Shown piece after piece: positions 1 to 12,778 of a stretch of 64,000 nt of DNA. Origin of the DNA: Oculina patagonica (lineage: Eukaryota); the NCBI RefSeq assembly GCF_052425735.1, contig NC_135761.1, forward strand, positions 62,496,001 through 62,560,000, read 5' to 3'. Position numbers and translations under genes: made by a program. Numbering within the stretch: the first letter of the stretch is position 1; the number at the start of each line of letters is the position of its first letter. Under the pieces are notes generated by a model. The model was given only the letters and a program-made list of their open reading frames with translations, did not search any database and had not been told where the DNA came from.

Positions 1-1165
1 CAGAGAGGTTGTGGCAATACTCCAAAGCAATTCATGAAGCTTTGATTTACACAGATATAGGAGCCCCAAAATTCTAGTAGATTTCTGGTTGACTTTTGTA
101 ACAACACACGACAAGTCTGCCAACTCATGATCAAGTCAAGCCAAGTCCCATCGCAGGTTATAATCCCCCCTCCCTCTTCCATCCCCCCCCCCCCCCACCA
201 CTTTTAGTATCCCCCCCCTCCCTTTGCAATAAATAATTTGCAAGAAGAGTGCATCAACACTTTTTAGCAGGATATAGTTTTTTACAACTTTTTGTAGGAT
301 CAGAACCTAGGTGGAGCGTTTTGAAACATGGGGGGGCTCGTCGTTCACCAAGCGCCACCCACCCCTCGGGGGGGGGCTTTTCCCTTTTTTTTTTTCCAAA
401 TTTTTTTTTTGACCTGCCTCCTTTGCAATCTTTTCAGCGACACGGTGTGTCCGTAATCGATTTATGAAGATACATAACTAGGTACAAGTAGATCAGACGA
501 TCCGTTTCATGTCGAAGGATTTGGTTAAAGCTGGTTTTAGTCGTCGAAGGGCAAAAATGAACGCTCTGAAGCCGCCGATACCATCTAGGAATTTGTGAAG
601 TAAAACGTAACACTTATGCGAATCTCTCTCAGTAGCATTTTGGGACGAGGAATTTCGTTGTTGTAAGTCAAACATTGTCCCCATATTATTTTGCCAAAGA
701 CGAGCCTGGTGAATTTCTTGAAGATAAACCAATTTTATGCATGCGCTATCGATATTCTCGGCACTGAAATGTGGCGGGGGGGGGGGGGGTCAAAACGAAA
801 GCTGAGCCCCTCACAACATTTGTTGGGGGCGGGAGGCTACAGCCCCCCTGCCCCCCTGTTACAACGGTTTTACGGAACATCAGGCAACATCATATCAATA
901 TTTCTTTTTGTTTTTAATGAATTTTTGAAAAATACAAGCAGTTAAAAGATTTTATTAGAGGTTGCAGTCACGGCACCTCACGGTGTTTACAGTGATTTCC
1001 TTTGTGTCATTTCATTGCAAATCATTTCTTGTGTCATTTCATTCCAATCAGTCACAAAATACCTATTTTGATAACTCCCATTCACTTATTCAACTCAACT
1101 GTGTTAGTATGTGCTCTTATTGTTCTATTTAAGGATTGTAATGGAAAATTATGCTTATATACTTG

Positions 1166-3967
1166 CTATAAACTACTCTTGGAATTGTTTAGAGTTTGCT
1201 GAAGAAAATACAAAATTTTCTGCCAGGAAATTTCCTGAGCAAATGCATGACACTTGGGCTCCCCACCCATGACCCAATGTTCCTTAAATACCTTCATGAA
1301 AGTGGCATGGCACAGTGGAGTATAAGGAGGTTCGATCAGATGCCCGGCACCTGGAAACCGCATAATGGTACAAAGAGACTCCTTACCCGCTGATTTCAGC
1401 TGCTCAGATATGTGACTTACTGTGAAATCAGTATCAATTAACAAATCATCTGTCCCATAAACAAGCAAAACTGGGCATGTGATTCTTTCTACGGGTGTCA
1501 CTGCGGACAACTCAGCAGAAGGGAGAGTGTACTCTTTTGCTGATGGCATGCAATATCTGAGAATGACCCCTTCATCTGTAGTTTTGATGTTTTTCGTTGA
1601 GTAACGGAAAACATTGGAGAGCTTTTCTTTATATTTGTAAGGTCTCCAAAGGGGACTATGCCATGGTGATATTGCCACCAATGCTTTGACGAGATCAGTC
1701 CTATAACTTGCAAGGAGGAGTCCAACCCACGCACCCATGCAGACTGAGTGAATGGCTATACCATTTGGTAAAACCTTGGGATGATGGTTAAGCCATTCTG
1801 CTGCCTCTTCAATATAATCAAGATCAATGTACTGTGGTGATGAGGGGAGATCATCAAAAGCAAAATAGGCCAGCGCTAGAGCTGCAAATCCATGAGAAGC
1901 TAACAGAGAGGCCTTGAATTCAACCAATCCTCCAGCACCACCAAGTAGATCTAAAACACCTGCAATAAAACAAACCATGTTAAACTGCACATTCAACATG
2001 TAAGTAAAACAGTTCTGATAGGGAGGCACAGTGGCCTAATGGTTAGTGCGGTGGACTCCACATGGAATGGTCCAGGTTCAAGCCTCTTGGGAAAAGACAA
2101 TTTACTCTCATAGTGCCTCTCTCCACCCAGGTGTATGAATACTTACTTACTTACTTACTTATCCTCATCGGGCTTATGAGGACTCTGGGGCGGAGGTGTA
2201 TGAATGGGTACCGGCAAAATAATGCTTGGGTGTTCGAACTCCTTTTTATTTAGTTCTCCAAGCACATGCTTTTTCAACCCCACAAGAGGGGGATACAACA
2301 ATTCATGCGATGTCACTTCCGGTTTCAAATACTAAATGGCTTATATAGAATGTTCAGCTTTTGACAGGGAGAATCCCTGCGATGGACTAGCATCCCATCT
2401 GAGGGGAAGGAGAAATACTCCTAGTTGCTTAATGCATTTATGAGGTTTACTTGTGGCCCCAGTACACTCCACCGGGAGCCTTTTCCCCGGCCCATTTACC
2501 CCATTAGGGTAAAGGCAAAGTCAAGTAAGTCAACCTCACCCCTTTTATATGAGTCAGTTTCCCACCTGGATTTTACCCCCTCTTATACCTAACAGAAACC
2601 TATCTTTCAATATGGCTTAGGTTCTCTCCATGCCAACTTAGGAGCAAAATGTACTATGATCGTAAAGGTCGCAGTATTGCGGTCTTGCGTTATTTTTAGT
2701 GTGGTTTTGTGGAATTTCTTATTCTAACCTGCAGTATTACGGTTTTTTAGACTACCGTATTTATTCGATTAAGCGCCCTGGGCACTTATAAAGTTTTGGG
2801 ACCTTGAGAGTGGGCGCTAAAGCAGAATTTTAACTGTTTGTTGAATTTTTCTGTAAAATACTAAGAAAACTCGGTCCTCGAAAAGGTCTTTTAGTAGTAC
2901 TTAGTTAACAACATTCAACCCAATTGTCACTAAGGTCAATACTCTTCTTGTACTCTTCAGATTTTTTGGAGGAGTGGGGCAGGGTGGGCACTTATTCGAG
3001 GCTGGGCACTTATTAACTTTTCCTACCGATCGGGTGGGCGCTTATTCAAAAAATCGAATAAATACGGTAAGTGTTTTGCAGTGTGTGGAAATCTTTGGTT
3101 AAATTCTACATGGTATTGTGGTTTTTTTAGGTTTTTCTGTGCGGTTTTGCAGTTATTGTACCCCCCTTTCATCAGAGAACAAAGATTTGCCTGGCGAACG
3201 ACAGGAAGGGTTTCCCTTCCCAGTGTCCACTGCACACTTTCATTGCCATTCTCTCCAGGCTCAGCGCACTTCCTTTTCACCTCTCCCCATTTCCCACCCT
3301 TTACGAAAAAACAAGAGGCCTCTGTGGATGATAGAGTCATACGTTGCAAAAATGTCTGAAACAGACTCACAAAACTGCATGACTATAGATCACTATAGGT
3401 GCATAATTTTATAATTGGTGAGAGGGTTCTGTAGAAATCTTGGTTTTGATTTTAAGCAATCAGTCAGCTATAACTACCTGGGAATGGTCCGTCTCCCGGT
3501 GGTAGAAACAGTGTCCCACGGATTCTTCCTTCTCTCACAGAAATTCTCTTCACTCCATCCGTCATGTACCACTTCTGAAATGACACACTTGACAAAGGCT
3601 GCAGCGAAGATTCGTGCGAAGTTACATGGCCATCAAAACAGTTCAACACGATGTTGTATGGTTTGGTGACATCTGATTTCATCAGTCGAGTTCCTTTTCT
3701 CTGTCCCGGTGCGGGTTTCATGCTCCATAACAATCCCATGGGTGAAACTCCGCTGTAAGATCCTCCCAAAGACGAGTCACGGCAAACATCAACTTCACCA
3801 TCTTTATCAGCGATGAAGTGAGCGTGTGACTCGTACCTTTCACCTTGATCGCCAACAATCTTTGCCTGAAGTGTAATTTTCTGCAGTGGTTTAAGTCGTG
3901 CAACGTGAATTTTAGTTATTTTATCTATAAGAGAAGACTTCGGACACAAACTAAGCATGGTCGACAT
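1166..3967 (-). CDS. Acyl-CoA thioesterase / bile acid-CoA:amino acid N-acyltransferase (ACOT/BAAT/ACNAT)-like paralog 1, two exons, ~427 aa
   Basis: Exon 1 3967-3478 (...GPFP G|GTAG), exon 2 1959-1166 (TTTTATTGCAG|GT GTT); the phase-1 intron joins in frame. Motifs GGSYSGVSPMGLLWSM, VREGRIRGTLFLPPG, LLASHGFAALALAY, nucleophile elbow SVCMG, GTDD, GAGHLIEPPY; C-terminus SSL. Confidence 0.92.
2021..2440 (+). mobile_element. tRNA-derived SINE in the intron of paralog 1, interrupted by a short retroposed tail
   Basis: Pol III box A (TGGCCTAATGG) and box B (GGTTCAAGCC) at the 5' end. An (ACTT)n-containing insert is flanked by duplicated GGTGTATGAAT at ~2130-2140 and ~2195-2205. End coordinate approximate. 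Confidence 0.6.
2755..3067. mobile_element. Tc1/mariner-pogo-type MITE
   Basis: TIRs CCGTATTTATTCGATT / AATCGAATAAATACGG flanked by TA on both sides. Confidence 0.75.
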
Positions 3968-4115
3968 TCAATGATCTTCAATGACAAATTGACAAATTGT
4001 CAAAAAATTATGGGCGCAAGTGGGCGCATCACAAGGGGGCAACTCGGCCCTAGGATCTTCTCGGTCGCATGGCCAAGTCACGACAAACATTTGCCCGATC
4101 GACCCCGATCACGAA

Positions 4116-4608
4116 ATGGCGAGATCGATTATTTCTGTACAACCCTCATCTTCACTCATAGACGACAAAGTAAGAATCCTTGTATCTGGTCTTGAACCGA
4201 AACAGAATGTCACGCTAGAAGCAAGGATAGTGGGCGATAGAGGCGAAGTGTTTGAGTCACACGCTTACTTCATCGCTGATAAAGATGGTGAAGTTGATGT
4301 TTGCCGTGACTCGTCTCTGGGAGGATCTTACAGCGGAGTTTCACCCATGGGATTGTTATGGAGCATGAAACCAGCGCCGGGACAGAGAAAAGGAATTCGC
4401 CTAACGAAAAGTGACGTTGCTAAGCCTGATAATATCGTGTTGAACTGTTTTGATGGCCATATAACTCCGCACGAATCTTCGCTGCAGCCTTTGTCGAGCG
4501 TGACATTTCAGAAGTGGTACATGGCGGATGGAGTGAAGAGAATTCCTGTGAGAGAAGGAAGAATCCGTGGGACACTTTTTATTCCTCCGGGGAGTGGTCC
4601 TTTCCCTG
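4116..4608 (+). CDS. ACOT/BAAT-like paralog 2, exon 1 (N-terminal domain)
   Basis: ATG at 4116 (MARSIISVQP...), same motifs as paralog 1, ends GPFP G|GTAAGT (donor at 4609). Confidence 0.9.
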
Positions 4609-4894
4609 GTAAGTAGCGATGTAATCCAAAGGTAATTTTAATTCAATGATAGCAAAGCCGCATAATTTTATGCTTGGTTGAAAGATTGTATGACTTGGAC
4701 GTACTTGAACAATGTTTCAAAAGAGATAAACACTTTAAGTCGGTAATAAGTCATTATCACTGTTTATAGCTTGTAACATTGATTGTGTTTTGTAACCACA
4801 ACGTTCAGCCCCAAATCAGCTGTTAGTTTGGCCATCAATTTGTTTTGTTTGTTGTGTGTGATAATAACCACCCGGTGTGAACACACGATATTAA

Positions 4895-5437
4895 CCCTAT
4901 CCAGACAGGGAAGGGAGGGGGGGGGGGGGGGGGCGGAAAGTGCCCGCGCTGACTTTGAACTCTAATAACTTTTTCAATATTCAACCAAACGCTGCCAAAC
5001 TTTCTGATTTTATCTGAAATGTATCTGGGAATAATTTGGTAGGATCGGTTGCTAGCTGTGTCAGGAACTTGACATGACCATGGCAACGACATTTTGACAG
5101 GCATGTTTTCCCAAATTTTAAATTTTCGTGTTTCTATTAATGAAAAATAACTTTAATGCAATTATTTTCACCTTTTTACGGGTTTTAAGCACACTTCATT
5201 GATTTTGAGTACTTTCCAGTAATTTTGGGCGGTTTTCTAACGTTTTGAAAAAAATTCGAAATCCAAGATGGCATCCAAGATGGCGGCTGTTTTGGCATTA
5301 TGATGTCATTTTCACGTGATGTGACGTCATCATCCCACTTGACGTATACCAAAAGTTAGATTTTCGGACATACAATATATCATGTAAGTTACATTGTGAT
5401 TGCCTAAATATTCTGGAAGTTACGGAGGGGGGCAGAC
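4895..5437. mobile_element. piggyBac-like non-autonomous element, left part (runs into gap)
   Basis: TTAA|CCCTATCCAGACAGGG left terminus. The matching right terminus CCCGGTCTGAATAGGG|TTAA is at 22585-22604, just after the second gap. Confidence 0.7.
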
Positions 5438-5937
5438 NNNNNNNNNNNNNNNNNNNNNNNNNNNNNNNNNNNNNNNNNNNNNNNNNNNNNNNNNNNNNNN
5501 NNNNNNNNNNNNNNNNNNNNNNNNNNNNNNNNNNNNNNNNNNNNNNNNNNNNNNNNNNNNNNNNNNNNNNNNNNNNNNNNNNNNNNNNNNNNNNNNNNNN
5601 NNNNNNNNNNNNNNNNNNNNNNNNNNNNNNNNNNNNNNNNNNNNNNNNNNNNNNNNNNNNNNNNNNNNNNNNNNNNNNNNNNNNNNNNNNNNNNNNNNNN
5701 NNNNNNNNNNNNNNNNNNNNNNNNNNNNNNNNNNNNNNNNNNNNNNNNNNNNNNNNNNNNNNNNNNNNNNNNNNNNNNNNNNNNNNNNNNNNNNNNNNNN
5801 NNNNNNNNNNNNNNNNNNNNNNNNNNNNNNNNNNNNNNNNNNNNNNNNNNNNNNNNNNNNNNNNNNNNNNNNNNNNNNNNNNNNNNNNNNNNNNNNNNNN
5901 NNNNNNNNNNNNNNNNNNNNNNNNNNNNNNNNNNNNN
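5438..5937. other. Assembly gap (500 N)
   Basis: Run of N. Confidence 1.
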
Positions 5938-6348
5938 GGAAAAAGTTTTTCGGAAGCAGCATAGTATATATGACCTGAGACGTCAGAACTGCTTAGTCTT
6001 GCCCAAGCCAAAAACTAACCTTAAACTGAAATCAGTTTCATACATTGGCGCAAAAAGGTGGAATAATTTGCCCAATGCCTGGAGGGCTAAAGAAAGCTTA
6101 GCTTCCTTCAATAGGAAACTAAAGGCCATCAAAAATCTCGATATTGTAAATAGTAAATTGTAAATAGGCTAGTGCATGTAAATATTGTAAATATCTTGTA
6201 TATTGTAAATAAGTTTAGTTAGTATTCGTATTTATCTTAGTGTTAGTTTTGTTATGATTATTTCTTAGGTAACTTAAACACGACCACATCAGCTATGCTG
6301 TAAATTTATCGTGTCTAAATAAAAGATATTATTATTATTATTATTATT
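5938..6348 (+). mobile_element. 3' end of a non-LTR retrotransposon (L2/CR1-like)
   Basis: Degenerate RT C-terminal tail (LPKPKTNLKLKSVSYIGAKRWNNLP), then AATAAA and an (ATT)n tail. Confidence 0.6.
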
Positions 6349-6470
6349 GTCTTTGCATTATGTCGCACCATGAAGCCTAGTCGCTTTATCTATGGAAGTC
6401 AACTGGAATTTAGAACTACAGACACTACTCACGATTCGCCAGGCGATACACAGGTTTTCATTATCATACC

Positions 6471-7053
6471 TAGTCCAGTCCCTGAACTCTCTCTTCCACG
6501 CGCCCTTTATAGGGGTTGAACCCAGGCGCACAAAGAGAGAGTCCAGGATAACTTGCATGCGCATGCTCAGAACGAACCAATCAGAAGCGAAGAGTGTGGC
6601 GTCACTTGCTTGCAGCTTGGGACGCGCGCGCTAGGCTAAAAACTGGCTCGCTCAAATAACGAATTCAACTACGTGACCCGAGTGCGCGAATAAATGCAAG
6701 AAAAAAACTGTGCTTCATTGCATTCAAAACAAATTCAATAAACAGCTACAACATACTAGGAATAGTTGACGGATAGCGATTTTTGTTTTGACCGTTAGCT
6801 TTTAGCAGACACTGACTGCAAAGCTAGGCTTTTTAAAGTTATTCCGGTGATCCTGCTTTAGTACACGGTCGCGTAGTTGAACTCGTCATCTGTGCGTGCG
6901 CGTTTTCAAAAGGGCTGCCAAATATGGTTTTTCCCCCAATTTTGGGGGGAAAACTAGCGCATGCGCATGCAAGTTATCCTGGACTCTCTCTTCGCGCGCC
7001 TGGGTTCAGCCCCTATAAACGCGCGCGGAAGAGAGAGTTCAGGGACTGGACTA
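6471..7053. mobile_element. Non-autonomous DNA transposon with ~105-bp TIRs and 9-bp TSD (Academ-like termini)
   Basis: TAGTCCAGTCCCTGAACTCTCTCTT... / ...AAGAGAGAGTTCAGGGACTGGACTA; TSD TATCATACC at 6462-6470 and 7054-7062. Confidence 0.8.
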
Positions 7054-7494
7054 TATCATACCCTTTTGCAAAAACGCTATCCCTATTTTCGTTCCTAACA
7101 TTCCCTCCCTTCCGATAAAGATAGGTCGATCGGTCGGTCGATTAAAAAAGAAACCCCCCCCCCCCCCACCTCTCCCGCCTACTTGAATACCATTTTTCGA
7201 CTAGCCACGTTGGCTCGAAAAAATGGGTCGGTTTGAAACATTTAAAGCATTGGAATGACCATAGTCTTGTAGTCTCGTGAAAAGGGCATTATGTTTTCCC
7301 TCAAGTTTGTTCCGTTCCTGGCTTTGGGTAAATTTCACTTCACTACACATAAGCGGCGAAGCAGGGGATCAGGGGGCCTGCCCCCCCCCCCCCCCCTAAA
7401 CAAAAATTTGGGGGGCTCAGCCCCCCACGTTTTGGTGCCGGAAAACTCTCGAGCGCAGCGTAAAATTGGTTTATCAAGATATTCCTTCTCGTAA

Positions 7495-8053
7495 GTAAGA
7501 ACCTACGTTGGCCGCCTCTTACAAAAACTATGGAAAAGCACTGTGCACTGTTAGTTAACAAGTGCTTGGTCGGAGACGTTCCCTCATATTTTAAAGACTA
7601 TTTCCTGTTACGTAGCCAGGGCGACAAGCAACATGTTTTAAATCAGAGATGCACTAGATCGTCTTTTACTGACATTATACTTCCAAACATTCATTTAGAT
7701 GTCGCTAAAAAGTCTTTTTATTATCATGGTGCATCCATTTTTAATTGTCTTCCGACGAACATTAAGACTATGCAGCCAAAGGAACGTTTCCAAGCTATCT
7801 CTGCTTTTTATTCTTAGGTTATTTTTAGAACATTTTTAATTCGTAATTTATTTATTTTTATGAGAACACTAGTACTTCTTTTAAACTTTTTAACTTTTTT
7901 TTTTAGCATTTTAGTGGTATCTCTTTAAAGTAGTTTTTATAGATAGATAGATATTTTATACATACTCTTTTTTACTTTAATTTGTTTTATTTTACACAGG
8001 GCCCCCGTTGATACCAGTCCTGCGACTGAAGGGGTCACCCTGTTAAAATATCG

Positions 8054-8113
<60 letters not shown>
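7495..8113 (+). mobile_element. 3' end of an L2/CR1-like LINE with (ATT)n tail
   Basis: ORF remnant ...LPNIHLDVAKKSFYYHGASIFNCLP, then an (ATT)n microsatellite at ~8054-8113. Related copy on the minus strand at 32318-32668. Confidence 0.7.
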
Positions 8114-8115
<2 letters not shown>

Positions 8116-9598
8116 GTTCAAACATCTTCGAAACTTCGTTAACTTTCGGAAAAGTTCGAAAAATGATCGAAAACGTTCGTTTGGCCTTAGAACAACAATC
8201 GGAGGATCTTCGGAAATTTTCGGTTTATAAACTGCTCAGAAAACAAACAGTTGCTAGAACGGAAAAAAGTTTTTCCAAATATGAAAACCTGCCGAGAATT
8301 TTTGAACCAGTCTTATCCCCCCTCCCTCTCCCCACGTTCCAAAACGCTCCGCCGCCTTTGCTACACCCGGTTGATCCCGCCTCCTGCTTAGCTATTGGTC
8401 ATTATTGCAACAAAACATGTGATAATGGAAACTATTTTATAAAAGATGTAGACTACACATTTCTTTAGTTTTTTAACCATTCTCGGTAAAGTACAACATC
8501 AATGCAGCTCAGGTTAATATCAGTGAGTAGAGTAATTTACTTGTAAGAGTACCAGAATTTACCAGGAGGGAAATTTCCTGTAGCTATTGAGTAGCCTAGC
8601 CTCTTGACTCCCAAACCCTCCCCACCCACCACTACCGCGACCCCGGAGGAAGGTTTGAAAACGAAAACACATAAACAATAAGTTCTGAATATTATTTTTT
8701 AATTAATTCTATTATTTTCAATACGCAAAAATAATTTCAGTGTCGCAGTATTTACACAGACTTAAAAATACTCAAAAGCTCTCGTTCTTTAGTTACTAAA
8801 ACACTTAACTGTTCTTAAGAGACGAACATTTAACAGACAATTGTACTACACAATCGAAAAATTTCTATCACCTGCTTTGACAAGAAAATGAAAAGAAACT
8901 CTTGGCTACATCGGAAAACAAGCTCTCTGCTAACGTTACATCGGCTGCCCACCCCCACCCAGGGACGGCGGAGCAGTTTTCCAGGTGGGGGGCTGACTAG
9001 TGACTTTAAGTGGGGGGGGCTTAAGAGACTCTTCTCTTAAAAAGTCTTTATTTTTTCGATAAAAGTGGGGGGGGGGCTAAAGCCCCCCCAGCCCCCCCGG
9101 CTCCGCCGTCCCTGCCACCCCATTGCCTAATCGGTTAAACTGACAGTAAGCTGATACGTTTCCTCCTATTCGTGTGAACCCTTCTTCGCCGAAGCCATGT
9201 ACAGGAAATTTAATTATAACAACAACAAACATTACCAAAACATTCACATGACAAGGAGCTACTCGCCAAAAAGTCCAGTGCAGTCTTACACGAAAAAAGA
9301 TAAACTTGTATTTATCCATTAAACGCCTTATCTTAAAACAGTTATAAATTCTAGGGTTAGTCTACCCAGGAATTAAGTATTCCATACAGTTACAGTATCC
9401 TTACAAAAATCTGTGATTCATTGTTGCTTGGTTATGAAGTTTTTTCCGCGAGTAACAGGCAATCGAAATACCACACGGATCTCTGCAAAGACGACTTTTG
9501 AATTGAGCGCGTAAAGTCAAGCGTTTTTGTTTGTTTGCTTGTTTTTTACCTCAGACTAGCCTGAGCATTTGATTGCCTTTTTTATTAGTCACACGTGA

Positions 9599-12500
9599 CT
9601 AGAAGCACAAGCAGCCCGTTGTCTTTTCCTCTTTATCTTTTTTCTTATTCTTGTCGTCATCCTGGCACCAAGCGAGGCAGGGACACAGCTCCATAATAAA
9701 ACTATAGAAAATCTTGTACGCCAAGAAGCCAACAATGAGTATAACCCAGAATACCAGGCCTATCATAAAGATGATGTCAGAAGGCCCAGCAACTGTACTC
9801 TCCAAATCCGGGACCTCTACCATCACTCTGAGCTTGGCTATGCCCATACATGGAGCCAGGACCATCACCATGAAGCCAAGTCCAGCTGGCATAGCTATCA
9901 GGAACCTTAAGGGATAACAGCTCCAGCAGAATGGGTTCCCAATCCAGAAGTACAGCGGAAGGATCCCTGTGGATAATTAAAGAAAGAAACGTTTATCAGT
10001 TAAATGCATTGTAGAAAAACTAATTAAATTGCAGTTGGCACTACAGCAACGGCACTTTAAAAAAAAAAAAACAATATTTCAACTAGTACAACTGGTCTTC
10101 TAAAATCAGCGTCAGTTCTAGCGATTTTAGAATACTAATTGTACTAGTTGTACTAGTCGAAATATTTAACAATTGGTTCATGCTTTAGCGTGCTCCATCG
10201 AGTTATGGAGCACGCGGAAAGTTTGGAGAGCACGAAAGAAGCGTAAGAGATGCCCGAGGCGATAGCCGAGGGCAACTCTAGCTTCTTGAGTGCTCTCCAA
10301 ACTTCCCAAGTGCTCCATAACTCGATGGAGCACAGCTAAAAGCATGAACCAATTGTTTTATAACATTGCTGGTGGAATTGTGCATCAAAATCGGCCGCGG
10401 GAAAAAACAAACTGTGTTTATTGTGTGCAGTGTGAGAACATAAACTAAGCGGTCGAGCAATAAATTACACATGTACAAGTTTACACGATTGGAGCAGTTT
10501 GTGTCAAATGGCTGATAAATTGAGTAAGTTTATACGGTGGCAGAGCGAAGGAAAAAAAATAACGAAAACAGCAAATACTGCTGTTGATTCTGAGGTTAGT
10601 TTTCGCTGAATTAAAATTAAAATGTTTATACTGCCGAGTGGAAGAAAATTAAAACAAAACAACCTCGAACAGCCGAACAGATAACAAGGGTTAAAAGAGT
10701 CAAAGAATTCGGTTCCATGCTTAGTTTTAAGTATTTTTGTGGACCGATTGTATTTGTAATTGATGTAAATACACATTTATTTTTTGAAAACGGTAGTTGA
10801 ATGAAGCGCCCGATGAAGTAAATTTTTCCCGAGCGGCAAAATCACAACAGAGCCGTAGACGCTTTGGTGTAATGATTAAAACGCGAAAACTTTCGTCAGG
10901 CAGCTAGTTTTTAGTGCCATCCAACTGTTGTCATTCATGGTTGGCCCATTCTTCCACGTTAGGGCAGTGAAAAAATGATTTTCGTCCTTCGAGACTCGCA
11001 CTTTAGTTGTTGTTTTTTGAATGAAGTAAAGCGCACAAACAACTTTGACGGCAAAATCGAATTTATTTTCTCTTTCGCTCTCCGTCTCGTAATAAGAAAC
11101 AGCTTACCTTGTAGCTTGTATCCTTGGAAAAATATTGAATGGATTCACTTTTCATATTCCGAAGATAATATGTCATCGCTTTCGCTAAACACAGCGTATG
11201 AGCTTTACTCAGTGAGATTTTCACTCGTCGATAACGTCATCAGCGTGCTCCATCGCGATTTTGAGCACGCTTACGTATACTGAATTTGATTGCGCGGCTC
11301 TGCTAGCTATGTTATAATGGTTCATTAAAAGTGCCCTTGCCGTAGTGCCAGCCTTGCAATTTAATTTGTTTTTCTACACTTTACAGTGACGTCTGGTACG
11401 AGCATTGCTGCAAAAAGAGATCCAGCAACAAAAAGTACTAGGTTTTACTCTGCGTTGTGTGGTTCCCTGCATTTAAAAGTTTATTTGATGCATTGTTGGG
11501 TGCCTTTTTGCGGTCTGTCTTAAGTAATTCTAAGTTCAGAAACAAGAAAACAACAACACCTCGGAAAGACAGAGGCCCTGAACTTGGATGGACTCAGTGC
11601 GAGGCATAAAAGTTTAAATACTCACGATCTAGGCGAGTTTTCCTTCTCAAATTAGAGACTATGCAATTTATTAGTGTGGGCAAGGAGTCGGACTGAAGCT
11701 TAAAGTAGGATGAAAACCAAAAATTTACTTTAACCCCCACTCTGCTCACTGAAACAAGATCCATTTCTTTTGAAACTTTTAATTAATTATGAGCAGTTTT
11801 TCTGGCCAGAAAATTGGTTGTTGGTTACTTAATCTAGTGAACCAATCAAAACTCGAAGTAAATACATGTAGCTGGCACAAAGCGCGGAAAAACGTGTGTG
11901 AGCGAGTTACGATTGGTTTTGGTTTCACTTCTGAAAGTACACGAGTCTTTTTTAAACCAATCATTAAGTGTAATTATGCAAAACCAAAGCAAATGCGAAT
12001 TACTGGTTTCGACACTCAACTGAAGTTTAAACTGCGCAATACATTAATACTTAAATGCTGATAAATCTCAACTCGCCTTACCTTTATAAATAGTTATTAA
12101 TGCCACGGCGGACACTTTAAGCCCAATCCACAGGCTGCTCCTACTCAGAGAGAGTTCTGCGGGAATCGAGCTGGCACTTACTGCGCATTCCCAACAGTTT
12201 GCTGGCCCAAAGTAATGCACACTCAGCTCCACGGCCAAACAAGAAACTGGAATGTCGTGTACAAACGTCTCCAGGCACATGAAAACGGTGTGAATGTGGA
12301 CAATACTTCGGTAATATTTCGGCGTGTCGAGCGAAGCAACTTCGTGCTCAAATTCTGGATCATGGCAATGCTTGCATAAATTTGGAAGTAATGTGCACAG
12401 ATGTGCAATATAAAGTCCCACACCGATTCCAGCAAAAATTAGAAAAAACCATTGTAGAATCTCCAGCGTAGTTATATGCTTGTCAAGATCAGACAATGTA

Positions 12501-12778
12501 TAATTGCCTGGTTCTCTACAGTAAATCACTTTTGTCCCTCCCGGATCAACCTGGGTGCCATTAATGTTCGATGAGCTACTTTCGAGTTCATTGCATTTCT
12601 TCACAGCGTTAAACACGTCAAAAAACATGCCTATATCTGAGGCTACGTTGTATCCTTGTAAAACGCTGTAAACGGTGAACTGAATAATGTATGAGGTCTT
12701 CATTGTCATTTCACGACAGAATACGGCGCAAATCGCTGAACAACAGCCTATACACAACTCACAAAGTCGATCCGCCAT
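9599..12778 (-). CDS. Uncharacterised Cys-rich multipass membrane protein A, two exons, ~354 aa
   Basis: Exon 1 12778-12082 (YK G|GTAAG), exon 2 9966-9599 (CACAG|GG ATC); in frame. Several hydrophobic segments. Clear paralog of 18216-19872 with the same intron position and phase. Confidence 0.85.
10165..11320. mobile_element. Hairpin-headed non-autonomous element (Crypton-like architecture)
   Basis: ~190-bp hairpin TTAACAATTGGTTCATGC...GCATGAACCAATTGTT followed by TTATAACAT, whose inverted partner ATGTTATAAT is at ~11310-11319. Confidence 0.55.

Noticed and set aside
2021-2095. Possible tRNA gene (also 27872-27945)
   Set aside because: Box A/B are present but there is no clean cloverleaf; the sequence continues into SINE or MITE body.
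5298-6011. Long ORFs of X residues (also 22055-22594)
   Set aside because: Artefacts of 500-N assembly gaps.
7937-8125. Poly-Asn ORF
   Set aside because: Translation of the (ATT)n LINE tail.
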